A stretch of 64,000 nt of DNA. Origin: Podarcis tiliguerta (taxonomy: Eukaryota). The number at the start of each line of letters is the position of its first letter. The first letter of the stretch is position 1. Where the stretch lies: assembly GCA_965153285.1 (NCBI GenBank), contig OZ229116.1. One strand, given 5' to 3'. Below, one piece after another: positions 36,611 through 49,029 of this stretch. The position numbers and the translations under genes are program-made. Below the pieces are notes generated by a model. That model did not search any database. It was not told the DNA's origin and saw only the letters and a program-made list of their open reading frames with translations.

Positions 36611-37299
36611 TACTATTTCTCTGCCTTTAGCCTTTGAAAATACAGAAAGGGTGGCATGAAAACAGCCAAGCCACCAGGCACCATGGTGGCAAGATTAACT
36701 GTGAGAAGAAATCTGAGAATCTTTCACGTACTCTTTCAAAGCTCTGACCAGGAGTTTGTGGCATGTAGGGCCCCTGGAATCAGGTTATGTAAAGTGTGTC
36801 TGGCTTGAGATGGTTAGGCATGCTTGTGACATGTAAAGAAAATGTGGATTTCACACGTGCTTTTAAATGCTTGGGTTGTTAAGTGCTGAGGACCTTGTTG
36901 GTTTTCTGTAATGGCAGACACACAGTTTGAGGGGACCTGGCTAGCCATGGGAGACCTGAAACAGAAAATGGCTTCAAATCCTTGCAATGTATGACCAATA
37001 GGTTTCACAGAAGTTCAGCCAATGCTCTGGACATAAATGGAAACATTCAAGCTGTCCCTAGGAGACAGTAAATGCCTACGATGAAAACAACTAGCCATCA
37101 AACAATTTATCTAACTGAGCTTTAACAGCCATAATTCAGCAAACTTATTAAGACACCTATCCAGTCGTCCACTTAATAGAACTACTCTAGAAAATTCCCA
37201 TCCACTGAAGTTGAATGAGAATGAGTGCATTATAACTTACATTACTGCCAGCCTAGCAGATGAAGCAAGCAAAGATGAAACTGGGACCATTATAATATA

Positions 37300-38232
37300 G
37301 TGATCTTGTTGCAATTTTTTTTTCGCCTATCAGAAACCGCACATAACTTTTGGAGATGCAAATTTGTAAAATGTCGTGGCTTTATGTATTTCATTTTTGA
37401 CGTCTACTTTCCTTTTTAAGAATGGATGTTGCCTAATTATGCAGTGCAGCTTTGCATGAGGAAAATATACTAAGTGTGCATTAAACAGACAACTTGAAAT
37501 AATGGCACTTGTGCTAAGAAGTGTATTTTCTGGCAAGCCACTAATTTATAATAGCCATAGATATATGCATTAGTGTATGAAATACTTGTCTTTATTTATT
37601 GATTTGGAGGCGCAGGGTTATATTTTTGAATATGTCTTCTTTATTAGGTCTTGTTTCTATCTCCAATGGGCCTGGTTATATTTCATGTGTTAGGGGATTC
37701 ACAGCACCTAAATGATGGTCAGCGGGAGTAATTATATTCTATATAAGATCACAGAAAATGGTGTCAATTTAAAAAAAAAAAAAGTTAAATGGGTAGAACT
37801 CTTAAAGCCCATACACTCCCTTTCCCCATACAATTTCCTGCATGAGTTTCAAGGGCTTTTCTCCTTCTCTAAGCGTGCACATTGAAGGTAAAAAGAATGA
37901 TATTAAATGACCAAATTTACTGTGTTCTTACTGCATAAACCACTACGCTGGATCTTCCTGAGCCAATTTAATTTTTAGCTTTNNNNNNNNNNNNNNNNNN
38001 NNNNNNNNNNNNNNNNNNNNNNNNNNNNNNNNNNNNNNNNNNNNNNNNNNNNNNNNNNNNNNNNNNNNNNNNNNNNNNNNNNNNNNNNNNNNNNNNNNNN
38101 NNNNNNNNNNNNNNNNNNNNNNNNNNNNNNNNNNNNNNNNNNNNNNNNNNNNNNNNNNNNNNNNNNNNNNTGGGCTAAGCTCAGTGCAGAAGCCTTGTTT
38201 AAAATGAAGCACTGATTCATTCATGAAGACAA
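37300..38232. promoter_or_regulatory. Candidate conserved non-coding element around N-run 2
   Basis: Repeat-free, AT-rich, many TAAT/ATTA and TTTAT motifs flanking the gap. Confidence 0.4.
37983..38170. other. N-run, 188 nt
   Basis: Directly visible. Confidence 1.

Positions 38233-38234
<2 letters not shown>

Positions 38235-38278
<44 letters not shown>
38235..38278. repeat. (AT)n microsatellite
   Basis: Directly visible. Confidence 0.95.
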
Positions 38279-38285
<7 letters not shown>

Positions 38286-38579
38286 CACACATGCATTCCT
38301 TGAGAATTAGGCCTTTCCTTTTAACTGTAGTTCTCAAACCACATGCACAAATACACACATGGACTTTTTACTAAACATGCATAACACACACAGTAATGTG
38401 TTTCAGATGAAAAATACCACCAACATTTTTAAAATTATTTTTTCTTTAAACTTTCTTTATTTTAAGTAAATGGAATGGATATCCTTTTCCTGTTTTGTTC
38501 AGGTTCAGCTTCTTCCATTCCTGATGTTGCTCACTGATGGGTCTAGGAAAAGAAGAAATAATCATAATTTTGGCATTGA

Positions 38580-38615
<36 letters not shown>
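38580..38615. repeat. (TA)n(TG)n microsatellite
   Basis: Directly visible. Confidence 0.9.
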
Positions 38616-39144
38616 CACACAGGATTGCACACCTTTAGCTTGTTGACTTGAAAACAGTGTCTAGGAAGAGTTAGTAACTAGGATGTCCACTGAGACAGTG
38701 ACCTGTTCCTGCTTGAAGCAAAATGATTGCATGTCACTGTCAGAATAAGTGAAGCACATGCTCTGATCTTCTATTGGCTTAGAAAATGCAATAGATCTGG
38801 CTGAATAGTGCTAAGGCTGAAGTGGTTTAAGACAGCGGGGATCATTCATATTTAGTTATTTGTTTCATGTGGCATATTGCAAAATGTCAGAAAAGAACTG
38901 GCATAGAGAGGCACCTGAGATTGTACACTGTGTTTTGCAGCAGCCTTTGGTAAACTACTATCACTTGGTGTCACCTGACATATGGAGGGCATTTGGAAAG
39001 CATTAAGTCCTGGCCCAGTCACTCAAGCTGTGCAACTATTGCAAATGGCTGACTTTTATTAATTTAGCTGGGAGTATAAAAAAAAAACCTAGGTAAAAGC
39101 TAGTTAGTTCCTTATTAAAAATGATTAAATGGCTATCTTTCTAT

Positions 39145-39362
39145 TAAAGGTAAAGGGTAAAGGGACCACTGACCATTAGGTCTAGTCATGGCTGACTCTG
39201 GGGTTGCAGCGCTCATCTCGTTTTATCGGCCGAGGGAGCCAGCGTACAGCTTCCGTTGTCATGTGGCCAGCATGACTAAGCCGCTTTTGGAGAACCAGAG
39301 CAGTGCAGGGAAACGCTGTTTACCTTCCCGTCGGAGCAGTACCCATTTATCTACTTTACTTT
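39145..39362 (-). mobile_element. Sauria SINE (Squam1), 5'-truncated
   Basis: taaaggtaaagggtaaagggacc tail; gactctggggttgcagcgctcatctcg...catgactaagccgc...atttatctact. Confidence 0.9.
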
Positions 39363-40061
39363 AACTGTCCATGGAACAACTTCATTTCCCCCTTCTTAAG
39401 GTTCTCTGTCTTTAAACTAGACTTAGGCTGGACAGCTCTGCAAACAGATGGCACCTTCAAACAGAGGACTGCCTTCTTTAATGTGAGATGCACAGGCTAC
39501 CTGCTTTACATGTCACCAGAGAGAACGCTTAGAATGGTCTCACATTATTTTCACCCCTAGTGAATACTTTTAATGCAGGACAGGAAGCAGCAGAAAGCAT
39601 AGAGTTGAATTCTGGCCACTATTTGTTGTGCATATATTGAAGGCTGGTTCAGTGTAGTGACTAAGAGGCCAACATCACAATCCAAACCCAAGGCTGAGGA
39701 GGAGCAGAGTGATGCAAAGCCCTATCTGCTTTTGCCAGCCAGGGTGGAAGGTGGGTGAGGGCTCTGAGCAATGGATAAAGAAGTTCACCGTTTGTATCTT
39801 AGTCCCCATGAAGATAGGACCCTTTTGTTTGAGGGGCTGTCAGAGAAGTCCTCTGTTTGAAATTCTGCACAGTCCAAGTCTAGTTTAAAGATTTAAAAAA
39901 TAAGTTTAAGGAGGAAGAGCTTGAGGTCTGAAGGTGCCCATTATGAGTGGATAGCAAACTGAGCATGCACATCTGGTCACAATTGTCCCATTTATGGTGT
40001 GATGGTTTGTTTTTGTATTTCTATTTGAACAATAGAAATTATTTCCAGATTTACAGCTATA

Positions 40062-40222
40062 CACATAAATCAGAATATGCAAAGTTTCAGTAGACCTGGG
40101 TCTTCTGCTTTGGCAATGCCTGAAACCCAGCCAAGCTACTGCCAGTCAGAATAGACTATGCGGAGCTAGATGGACCAACAGTCTGACTGCTAGAGCTACT
40201 TCCTATAGGCAACTTCCTATGG
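40062..40222 (+). mobile_element. Old tRNA-derived SINE with gagctagatggacca tail
   Basis: cctgaaaccc...ctgccagtcag...gagctagatggacca...gtctgact...ggcaacttcctat; related fragments near 11200, 29150, 30170 and 45500. Confidence 0.5.
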
Positions 40223-40227
40223 AACCC

Positions 40228-40620
40228 AGGGATGGAAACATCTGTCAGTTCTTTCAGTTTCTCCAATCTTAAACTCAATTCCCCACAATTCTGCAGCAAT
40301 TTCAGAATTCAATGTGAATTTCTCCTAATAAACACATTTGTATATGCAGTTTTGACTGATGTACACATTTTAGCAAAGAATTTTGCCCCCTAATATGATT
40401 CATTTCTCTTTGTTATATTCGCTAATATATTCATTTTTATGCAGACTTTTCCTAATAGATGCATTTTTGCAAACATTGGTTGATTGGAAAAGTGCATCAC
40501 AACATTTTGATAAATGTGAACTTCAAAGGATGTCTGTGTTTCATTCCTCATATTGTTTCAGAAAGTATGGCTTTAACAGATTCACCTTTAAATGCAAACT
40601 GAATTGAATCGCATGCCATT
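40228..40620 (-). mobile_element. Old dispersed non-autonomous element (family of 18705)
   Basis: Ends ttcacctttaaatgcaaactgaattgaatc, the reverse complement of the family start. Confidence 0.55.
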
Positions 40621-40624
40621 TCTA

Positions 40625-40862
40625 GCATGGCTTCCCTCCCAAGAATCCTGGGAACTGTAGTGTGTTAAGGCTGCTGAGAGCTGTCAGAACAATCAATTCT
40701 TCTTCCCATAGCAGTCTGGGAACTGTAGCTCTGTGAGGAGAGCACGTGTCTCCTAACAACTCTCAGCATCTGTAACAAACTACAGTTCCCAGGATTCTTT
40801 GGGGGAAGCCATGGCTGTTTAAAGTGCTACAATACTGCTTTAAATGTGTAGTGCAGATAGGT
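40625..40862. mobile_element. Palindromic MITE (Harbinger-like)
   Basis: catggcttccc..aagaatcctgggaactgtag / ctacagttcccaggattctt..gggaagccatg inverted arms; ends tgtagtgcagat. Confidence 0.65.
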
Positions 40863-41071
40863 CCCTAATCTCAATTGTTTTCACGCATTCACAATTAGGG
40901 CAATTAAATTCTAGCGTAACAATCTTAAACAGTTATAGTATAGGATGTACAAATATAGCCCCAATGCCTTTTGGAATTTTTTTTGCTGTCCCCAGTCACC
41001 AACATGAACAGGCAAGCTGGGGTTCAAAATGGAAATCAACCTGCCCCTTCTGGATGATTATCAGTTTAGGA

Positions 41072-41190
41072 CAGGCATGGCCAAACTTGGCCCTCCAGCT
41101 CCCATCATCCCTAGCTAACAGGACCAGTGGTCAGGGATGATGGGAATTGTAGTCCCAAAACAGCTGGAGGGCCAAGTTCGGCCATGCCTG
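41072..41190. mobile_element. hAT MITE with 8-bp TSD
   Basis: TIR CAGGCATGGCCAAACTTGGCCCTCCAGCT / AGCTGGAGGGCCAAGTTCGGCCATGCCTG; TSD gtttagga / gtttaggg. Confidence 0.88.
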
Positions 41191-41519
41191 GTTTAGGGAA
41201 AGAAAGGGGGAGGGAAGCTTGCAAAATACCTCTGACTGTTTCTCTACCTCTTGTGCAGGATTGCAACCTAGTTTCTCTGTCTGCATTAGACACACGCACA
41301 CCTGTTTCAGTGCACATGAGTAGGGTGGAGATTCTAAGCTGCATGAATGCATGTGGTTCTTTAACCAGAGGTTTGTAGGTTTTTTCAGAGGTGATGGATA
41401 CTATTTTATGAATAAAGAAATAAAAGAATGAGACCAGTCAGAAGTCAGAAGCTAGCCAAAGCTCAGCTCTGATGCTGACTCTATCGGATATCAACATTGC
41501 TTTTGCTGGAATGATACTG

Positions 41520-42420
41520 AAAATGGACACCTTTGCTCCCTACCGTTGCCGTTTCATTAGCACCCTGGCTTGGCTCTTTAGCTAACGGGAATACAGCGTG
41601 TGTAGAATATGCCAGTCCATCTCGCCTCATCTCGTCCCTCTCGCATTCTCACATTCCTTACAACCACACACGCTTACACCCATGCAACAGACATGCACGG
41701 AGAAGCACAAATGTGTACCAAATAAAATAAAAAAGTGGGGGGAGGAAAGAAGAAGACGAAGAAGAAAAGAAGCTATTTAGGGCAGCATTCCCATTAGGTT
41801 TCTCTGCAAAGCAGTTTAACTGTAGTTAGTAAGTGCTTAGTGTAATCTAATAAAAGCCATTTTGCAATATTAAGCAAAAAACATCTGGTACCCAGAATTC
41901 CCTGATCATTTTTAACTAGATGCAATCTCCCTCTCTCTCTCTTTGTGCTTCTCTTACAGATACGTGAAAAATAGCCTAATAAGGATCCTTGTGGTAAAAA
42001 TCAGATGGAAAATGGGGAGGAAGAGTTCCACAGTCTCCAGCAGCTCATTTGAAGCAGCTCCTCCGANNNNNNNNNNNNNNNNNNNNNNNNNNNNNNNNNN
42101 NNNNNNNNNNNNNNNNNNNNNNNNNNNNNNNNNNNNNNNNNNNNNNNNNNNNNNNNNNNNNNNNNNNNNNNNNNNNNNNNNNNNNNNNNNNNNNNNNNNN
42201 NNNNNNNNNNNNNNNNNNNNNNNNNNNNNNNNNNNNNNNNNNNNNNNNNNNNNNNNNNNNNNNNNNNNNNNNNNNNNNNNNNNNNNNNNNNNNNNNNNNN
42301 NNNNNNNNNNNNNNNNNNNNNNNNNCAGTGTGAAAAGTCCAGTGTGAAAAGATAACAAGCCAGCAATGGAAGGAGGAGGAGGAAGGCATGGCAGGACTGT
42401 GACTGGGGCAGGGAGGGGGG
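41520..42420. promoter_or_regulatory. Candidate conserved element or possible exon around N-run 3
   Basis: Repeat-free, CpG-retaining block 41530-41700; strong acceptor ctctttgtgcttctcttacag ending at 41959. Confidence 0.35.
42067..42325. other. N-run, 259 nt
   Basis: Directly visible. Confidence 1.
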
Positions 42421-42793
42421 AGAGGAGGAAAACAAGAGTGGGAGGAACCTGGATTTTAAGTATCAGTCAGTTCTGGTTAATGAAAACCTCATAGCCTTTT
42501 TATGTACTGCTGTCTAATATATATTCACTTAGTCAGCCAATTGCTGAGAGATTTTTTTCTCCCCATGTACATATGCAGAGCCTAAGTCCGCTTTCATCAG
42601 AAAGCTGGGTTTGCACAATCCATCTCTGCCATCGCTCAATCACCTTGACCCCCCAGTCTTTCCCTGACTCCCTTCCCAGAATTCACATGAAACCTCCATA
42701 TCTTCATGTAGGGTAGAGAAATTGCTGAGTCTTGAAAACAGAAACCTCTACTGACAGAAAGACCAATTTTATCTGCAGATCCTCTGGTTTCCC

Positions 42794-42822
42794 AAACAAA
42801 CAAACAAACAAACAAACAAACA
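42794..42822. repeat. (AAAC)n microsatellite
   Basis: Directly visible. Confidence 0.9.
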
Positions 42823-43013
42823 GCTTGAAATTTATGGGAAGCATTATTTTATATAATGCTTGTCTGTGGTTATATTGCCTAATTTTAACATTTTCATTTC
42901 ATTTCTGTGTGTGTCTGAAAACGAGAGCAAGCGTGCTAACTAGCTATCTAAAACAACAAACAAAATTCGGTATAATATAATTAGTACCATCAATTAGCAC
43001 AGGACAGTTATGC

Positions 43014-43059
43014 CTTGAATGAATCAGAGGACTTGATACTTGAATGAATCAGAGGACTT
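43014..43059. repeat. Perfect 21-bp direct duplication with 4-bp spacer
   Basis: cttgaatgaatcagaggactt-gata-cttgaatgaatcagaggactt. Confidence 0.9.
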
Positions 43060-44201
43060 AAAGGGCATCTGAAGAAGGACTCAGAGACAATTGGGAAACA
43101 GAGATTGAATCATAACAGTCCTCTCAGTGCTGCTAGGTTTAGTCTGTCCTTGGCTTACTTTTTACAATAACCAGGTGCTCCCTGTCCTTTATGCTGCCAA
43201 AGTGGAATCCTTTGGCTTGTTATTTCTCGAACTCTAATATTTGCTATGCCAACTGTGTATATAGTTGAGGCGTGTATATATTGGATTCATGCATGAACTT
43301 TTTCCATATGAAAAGCTTCTTATCAAATTACATGTAATATTTGCTGTATGGCAAGCAGCCACATCAGGATTTTAAGCAGGGCAATCTAGGCACAAGCACC
43401 GCTCCCCCTTCATCAGGAACACAGAAGTGGCGCACCAGGTGGGGCAGAGCTCCTACGTTAGCTTCCTTGCAGGTGGGTCACCAGCAGAGGAGAGGGATGG
43501 ACAAGGTTGGGGGGGGGGGGACTTGGTGGTGAAAATGCCCTGGCCAGAGTGCTGGGTTGGCTCTCTCTGTGTGTGCTTGCATTGTGCTGACCTCCCCACC
43601 ACCTGCAGCTCCCCTCTGACTCCTCAGTAGGCAACAGCAAACCTAGTAGCTCCCCTTTTCTTCTGACACAGAGTGGCACTGGGGAAGGGAGAGCAGGGAC
43701 TGCCCCACTTTTCCCCTGAATACAATTGAATGGGGGGATGAACAGCTGAATAGGCCACGAATGGATCCCATAAGTGATGCTTTTCATCCACATGACCCCC
43801 CTTCCCACTCCTGCCGCCACTGCCAAATTATCTTGCCACAGTTCAACAGAATTCTACTTTGGCATACCTGATGTGAAATGATTTTCATTATGAAATGAAA
43901 ATTCAATAAAATCCAAACCTAGGGCATCACAAAATTATCACATAGAGCGTTTAACCTAGTTACTATGGATTCTTGCTGAACTATGACACTAGAACAATGT
44001 GAAAACATTCAACACCACTGTGAAGAAATCCTGTTTCTTTAAAATGAATTTTAATAGACATTATACACTGTATTATGTCATTTGTTGCATACCACCTGAA
44101 TCTCCAAGTGATGTAAGATTCCAGGGGTTCCAGCCACTCATCCAGGTTTGTGTTTCTTTTTGGCAATGAGGCACAGCAGAGACTGAGGTGTCTTTATAAT
44201 A

Positions 44202-44442
44202 CAGTGGTACCTCTAGTTACGAACTTAATTCGTTCCGGAGGTCCGTTCTTAACCTGAAACTGTTTTTAACTAGAGGCGTGCTTTCGCTAATGGGGCCTCT
44301 TGCTGCCGCTGCGCCGCCTGCATACGATTTCCGTTCTCATCCTGGGGCAAAATTCTCAGCTCAAGGTAACTCTTCCAGGTTAGCGGAGTTTGTGACCTGA
44401 AGCGTTTGTAACCTGAGGCGTTTGTAACTTGAGGTACCACTG
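44202..44442. mobile_element. Tc1/mariner (Tigger/pogo-like) MITE
   Basis: TIR CAGTGGTACCTC.AGTTAC / GTAACTTGAGGTACCACTG, TA TSD, CpG-rich interior. Confidence 0.9.
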
Positions 44443-45208
44443 TATATGTTTTATTTACACACACATATAACCTGAGCCTATGACAGAGGGGTTCACAGCT
44501 ATATCTGACTGGGGATGTACCACATCATCCCGCAGTTACCAAGGCTATTGGGTGCAAAGAATATAAGTGATATTAAACGGTGTCAGTGGTATGTTCTTCG
44601 AAAGCTCATTGAAGTGGAAGTTGGGTTTTATTAATAAAATAAGGAAATACCCACCTTTCAAATACCCCCACCATCAAACAAGCTGTTTCACTTTGGAACA
44701 CTCTTCTTATTGAAATCAGACCGGCACCTGCAATTTTGTCACCTGCTGAAAATGTTTCCATCTTGCCAAGCATTTTTAGTGTTTGGTCATTTCTTCTATA
44801 TTTATGTTTTTTATAATGTTATGATGTTTTAACATCACCATGGCTTTTTAATGAGCTGGCCGTTTAGAAATACTCATAAAAAATAAAACTGTGCTAGTGC
44901 TGCTCACATGTCATTCTTCAGCCTATGTACTTGCATAGTGATGATAAATAATTTTGTATCAGTAAGAGATTGCTCCTTAGTCCTGGTCTTCAGGATCACC
45001 ACCCCTATGTGTTCATTACTTGCTCCCTGCTATAGCTCCACTCCAAAAAGACAGACTGTCCAGCAGCCTACAAAGTCTACTTAGCGACCCTGGTGGGGTG
45101 CCATCGCGGCTGCCCCCCTGCCCACGCTGGGCACCACGCCACGCTCCCAGGACAAGTTGACAATGGCTACAATCTAAACAACTGAGTGTGAGCTGGGGCT
45201 AGAAATAA

Positions 45209-45333
45209 GGTTGCAACCAAGTCATACACAGAGTGGACTCATTGAAATCAGCGGAATTAAGTTAGCAATGATCGACATCAGTCTATTGATTTCAGTGAGT
45301 CTACTCTGAGTGTGGCTTAGTTGGATCCAACCC
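45209..45333. mobile_element. Palindromic Harbinger-like MITE
   Basis: aagtcatacacagagtggactcattgaaatca / tgatttcagtgagtctactctgagtgtggctt inverted arms; related fragments near 12090, 53500 and 56970. Confidence 0.6.
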
Positions 45334-45496
45334 TAAGTATCTGCCACTTCTCCATTTCCACCAGACACGGATTGGTAGAACTGCAGCTTATTTGACAAGG
45401 CAATTTATGTGCAGCCTTGATGATTGTATCATCACAACTGCATTATGGTCCCTACTTTTCTTGTTAAAAGACAAAAGTAAAAAAGTCATCTCTCAA

Positions 45497-45677
45497 CATA
45501 CAGAGCTTCCTGATATACAAAGTCAGACCATTGCTCCATCTAGCTCACTCTTGTCTGAACTCATAGAGGGTCTATGAAGTATCAGACCAGAATATTTTTC
45601 ATCTCTGGCTAGTAATGCTAGAGATTGACTCTGGGGCCTGTTACATGCATAGTTTGTGCCCCACCACTAAGCTATGG
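45497..45677 (-). mobile_element. Old tRNA(Ala-like)-headed SINE
   Basis: agtcagaccattgctccatctagctca tail; gattgactctgggg..catgca..ccaccactaagctatgg reverse tRNA head. Confidence 0.55.
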
Positions 45678-47419
45678 ATTGTTCCCCATCTATGGAATTA
45701 AAGCAATGTGTCTGTTGAGCTTTGCAAAAGTTTTAGTACTCACTTTGAAATACAGAAAAAAAATTATACATTGTTGTATGACTTAAGCTTTAATCATACT
45801 ACTTTATCTATACCGTCCAATGACATAGGTGAAGGAGACACCTATGGTGAATGCATATCTTGTTGATGACAATCCCTGTCAAGCATAGGCTATATTTGGA
45901 AGATTTAATTTAGAAGAGTTTCCCATGCTGCTCTTGCCACACGACTGGGGGTATACAATAGCAGTGGCCCCTGGCTAATACTTTGGGGATCTGTTGTAAT
46001 GCGAGCAACACATAACTATAGCTAGTTATCCTATATTGTGTATTGATTTCCATTGAAAAACACAGTTATAAATGATGTTGAATAGGGGAAGCCTCCCAAA
46101 CTAAGGCGATATAATTGAGATTATTTAAACTAACTAACTTCCGTTCTGTTTGTGAGTGGTGTTGGAATGAGACTATTGTAGAAATCTACAAGAGGGCTAA
46201 AGTTTGACATTTGATTTGCCCTGTTCTAGGATTTTAAACTGTGATGTAAATTAGTTGGAAACAGGTCTTTCTTCCATTTTCTCCTTTCAAAATGTAATAC
46301 AGTTAAATGACAGAGATTAATTACTGAAGTAATTACTGCTGGAAAGCAAGAGGACAGTTGGATGAGACATGATGATCTCTCTCATGATGACCAAGTCTTT
46401 CTTGACAATTGTGCTTTAATTCCCACAATGATTATTCTTTGTGGCAAAATCTATCTGAAGAAGGGCACCCTTGCATTGACACATTCTTGCTCAATAAGGA
46501 ATATTAGAATGAGGTAATTATATTTGACTAAGACTTTCAAGCTTTCCTTCTGGGTCCATCACTAGGTTATTTTTGTAGGGATATAATGCCCCTTAAATCT
46601 GGCACTCTAGTTTGTATCCACTTTTGTTATAATTTCTGGCACTTCTTATCTCCCCCCCTCTTCTTATGGTTTCTTCCTTTCCTTCTGTTATTCACCACCA
46701 GCATGCATGAGCTAAAGTTCATATTCATGTGACCACAGCCCAAACTGTGCTGATTGGTGGTGACAGCAAGCGTCCCTTGGCAATGAACAATCAGAAGCTC
46801 GCCTTAAGATCCCTTGATTGCCCCTGCTTTACTTCCTCCACACATGAAATGACATATGATGTTAAGTGTGCAACAGTTGCACATGGTTTGGGGGAAATTG
46901 CCTTGTGGGTCAAATTGGGACCTGGGCCAGGCTTAATTAGTAGGGCTCTATCCAGCCCTCATCCACCAATCGGTGGCCTCCTGGATCATGCCTATCCACT
47001 TTGTGCTACCCCAGGGACCAGCCATCCCACTGTGGACCCATGCCTGAAATAATTTTAAATGGTGTTTTGTACATCATTTGCAAAGGAGCAGCAATTGGCA
47101 TTACATAGGATGGAATCTTCACACTTACAACCTGGTAAGCACCTGCATGGTGCTGCTTCAGGGGGCAGATAAGAATAAGGCGATGCCAGGCACCCCCACC
47201 TTCTTCTGCAAAGATGCAGTCACCTGATAGGTGTTTACTTTTCATGGTTTCTCTGCCTGCTTCTCCTTCTTTGACGACTTCCCAAGATCACTCAACCTGA
47301 CCTGTAGCTATCCGGTGCTGTCTCAGCCCAACTCAGCCAAGGCCTGGGATCCCTCTGAATATGCCTGATTTGGCTTGACCAATTTGACCCGTGGCATGGG
47401 TTGTTTGTGTGTAGTGGTC

Positions 47420-47620
47420 TGGGTCAACCCAAAATGTTTTGGCACCTGAGGTGAACCCACAAAAGGGCACCCAACTCCCCACCAGGGAAGAAGGGGTGAG
47501 TGAAGATCTGCATCAGGAACGGACCCTGCCAATGTAGATAAAGATCTACATTGAGATCTGCTGCCCCTGGGGAACCTGCCACCTAAGGCAGTTGCCTCAC
47601 CTTGCCTTATGGGTGTGTAG
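47420..47620 (+). mobile_element. hAT-like MITE (family of 24455)
   Basis: Shared motifs with 24455-24837. Confidence 0.55.
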
Positions 47621-49029
47621 TGGTTCTCAAAGCTAGCTTTGGGCACAGGAGTTTTTGCTAAAAATATATATGAAGGCCTGCTTGTGAGAGGCTCCAATGA
47701 TTCGGGTTAGCAGGGTTACAACAGGGATTTTAGTAGACCCGCTAGGTATGCTGGCCAGTTTCATTTGGTCCGCATTTTTCAAGTGAATGAGAACACTGGA
47801 GTGCACTTATTCTTTGGATTATATACACTGTGGTTGTTGCCTGAAAAATACCAAAATACACATTTTAAGGGGAAATGGGTCAAAACTGGTACTTTAGGGG
47901 AAGACTCACATAAAATGCTTTTTAAGGGGAAATGCATACATTTTAAATACATGTTGTGTGTGTTTTAAAGAAATTTGCAGAAAAATCAAGCTGCAATAGA
48001 TATAGGATTGAACACATGCAAAACTGAAACAGAACAGAAACAGCCTGACCCATTCATCTCCATCAGTGACACTTTAAGCGTTTCAGGAAATCGGGTTTAC
48101 TAAATGCACTTTCTGCTGAGAAGTTCTTTAAGACCTTAACATCTTCATGACACAGACACTGAAGAACCTGAAATGTTGGTTGTAGAACTCAGATCACACC
48201 TTACAATATTTGGCTTCTGATTGTGTGCTATTAATATTGTATTTAATTTTCAGGATATTCTTCCTTATTTACCTTACACATGTATATGATTGGATGTGTT
48301 TCTTGAAAAATCTAGGCTTTCTTTTTCTTGTGGAAGACTCTGACTTTAGATGCATTGGTTAGGAAGTTCAAAAATCTAGGCTCAACCTGAGACCTGCCAG
48401 TTTCCTATTTGGTAATCTGCCACTGAGCACAAGCATGCAGAAAGACAGAAGTGAGCTTTTTTCATCTTCTCTCTCTTTCTCTCTCTGACTTGAAACTGCT
48501 TTTTAAAGCTGTTCTCTCTCTCTAAAAACAACAACACAATTTTAAAAGAGCAGTTAACAAAGTGATAGGTGTGAGGAAAGAGTCACTTTAGTTCTCTTGC
48601 CATCCATCGCTGCCACGATAATGGCCACATAATTTTATGTAAACAGATCAACTGTTTATCTCCTTTCTTTACCACTTGGATTAGAAACTGAGCCGAAATT
48701 CCAAAAAAGAGATATTTTCTTTTTCTCACCACTCCCTGTGTCCCTTGAATATCCCATCATTTGTGTGCATGCATGGCAGACACCATTTTCCTCTCATGAT
48801 ACTCTGGAATAATGCACATTTGGAGGCTCTGTGGCGGAGTACTTATGGTGTCAACACAATTGCTGTTGCTATCACTTTGGTGACAACCCCCCCCGCCCCC
48901 CCAAACCACCCTTGGTGGGTGGGAAGACACTGTGCTACTGGTACCACTGTTGAGGGTGAGGCCCACCTCCTGAAAAACTGCTGAGGAATTTCAGTGAAAT
49001 GGTTCCCTCAGGTTTTGTGCCCAGAAACA

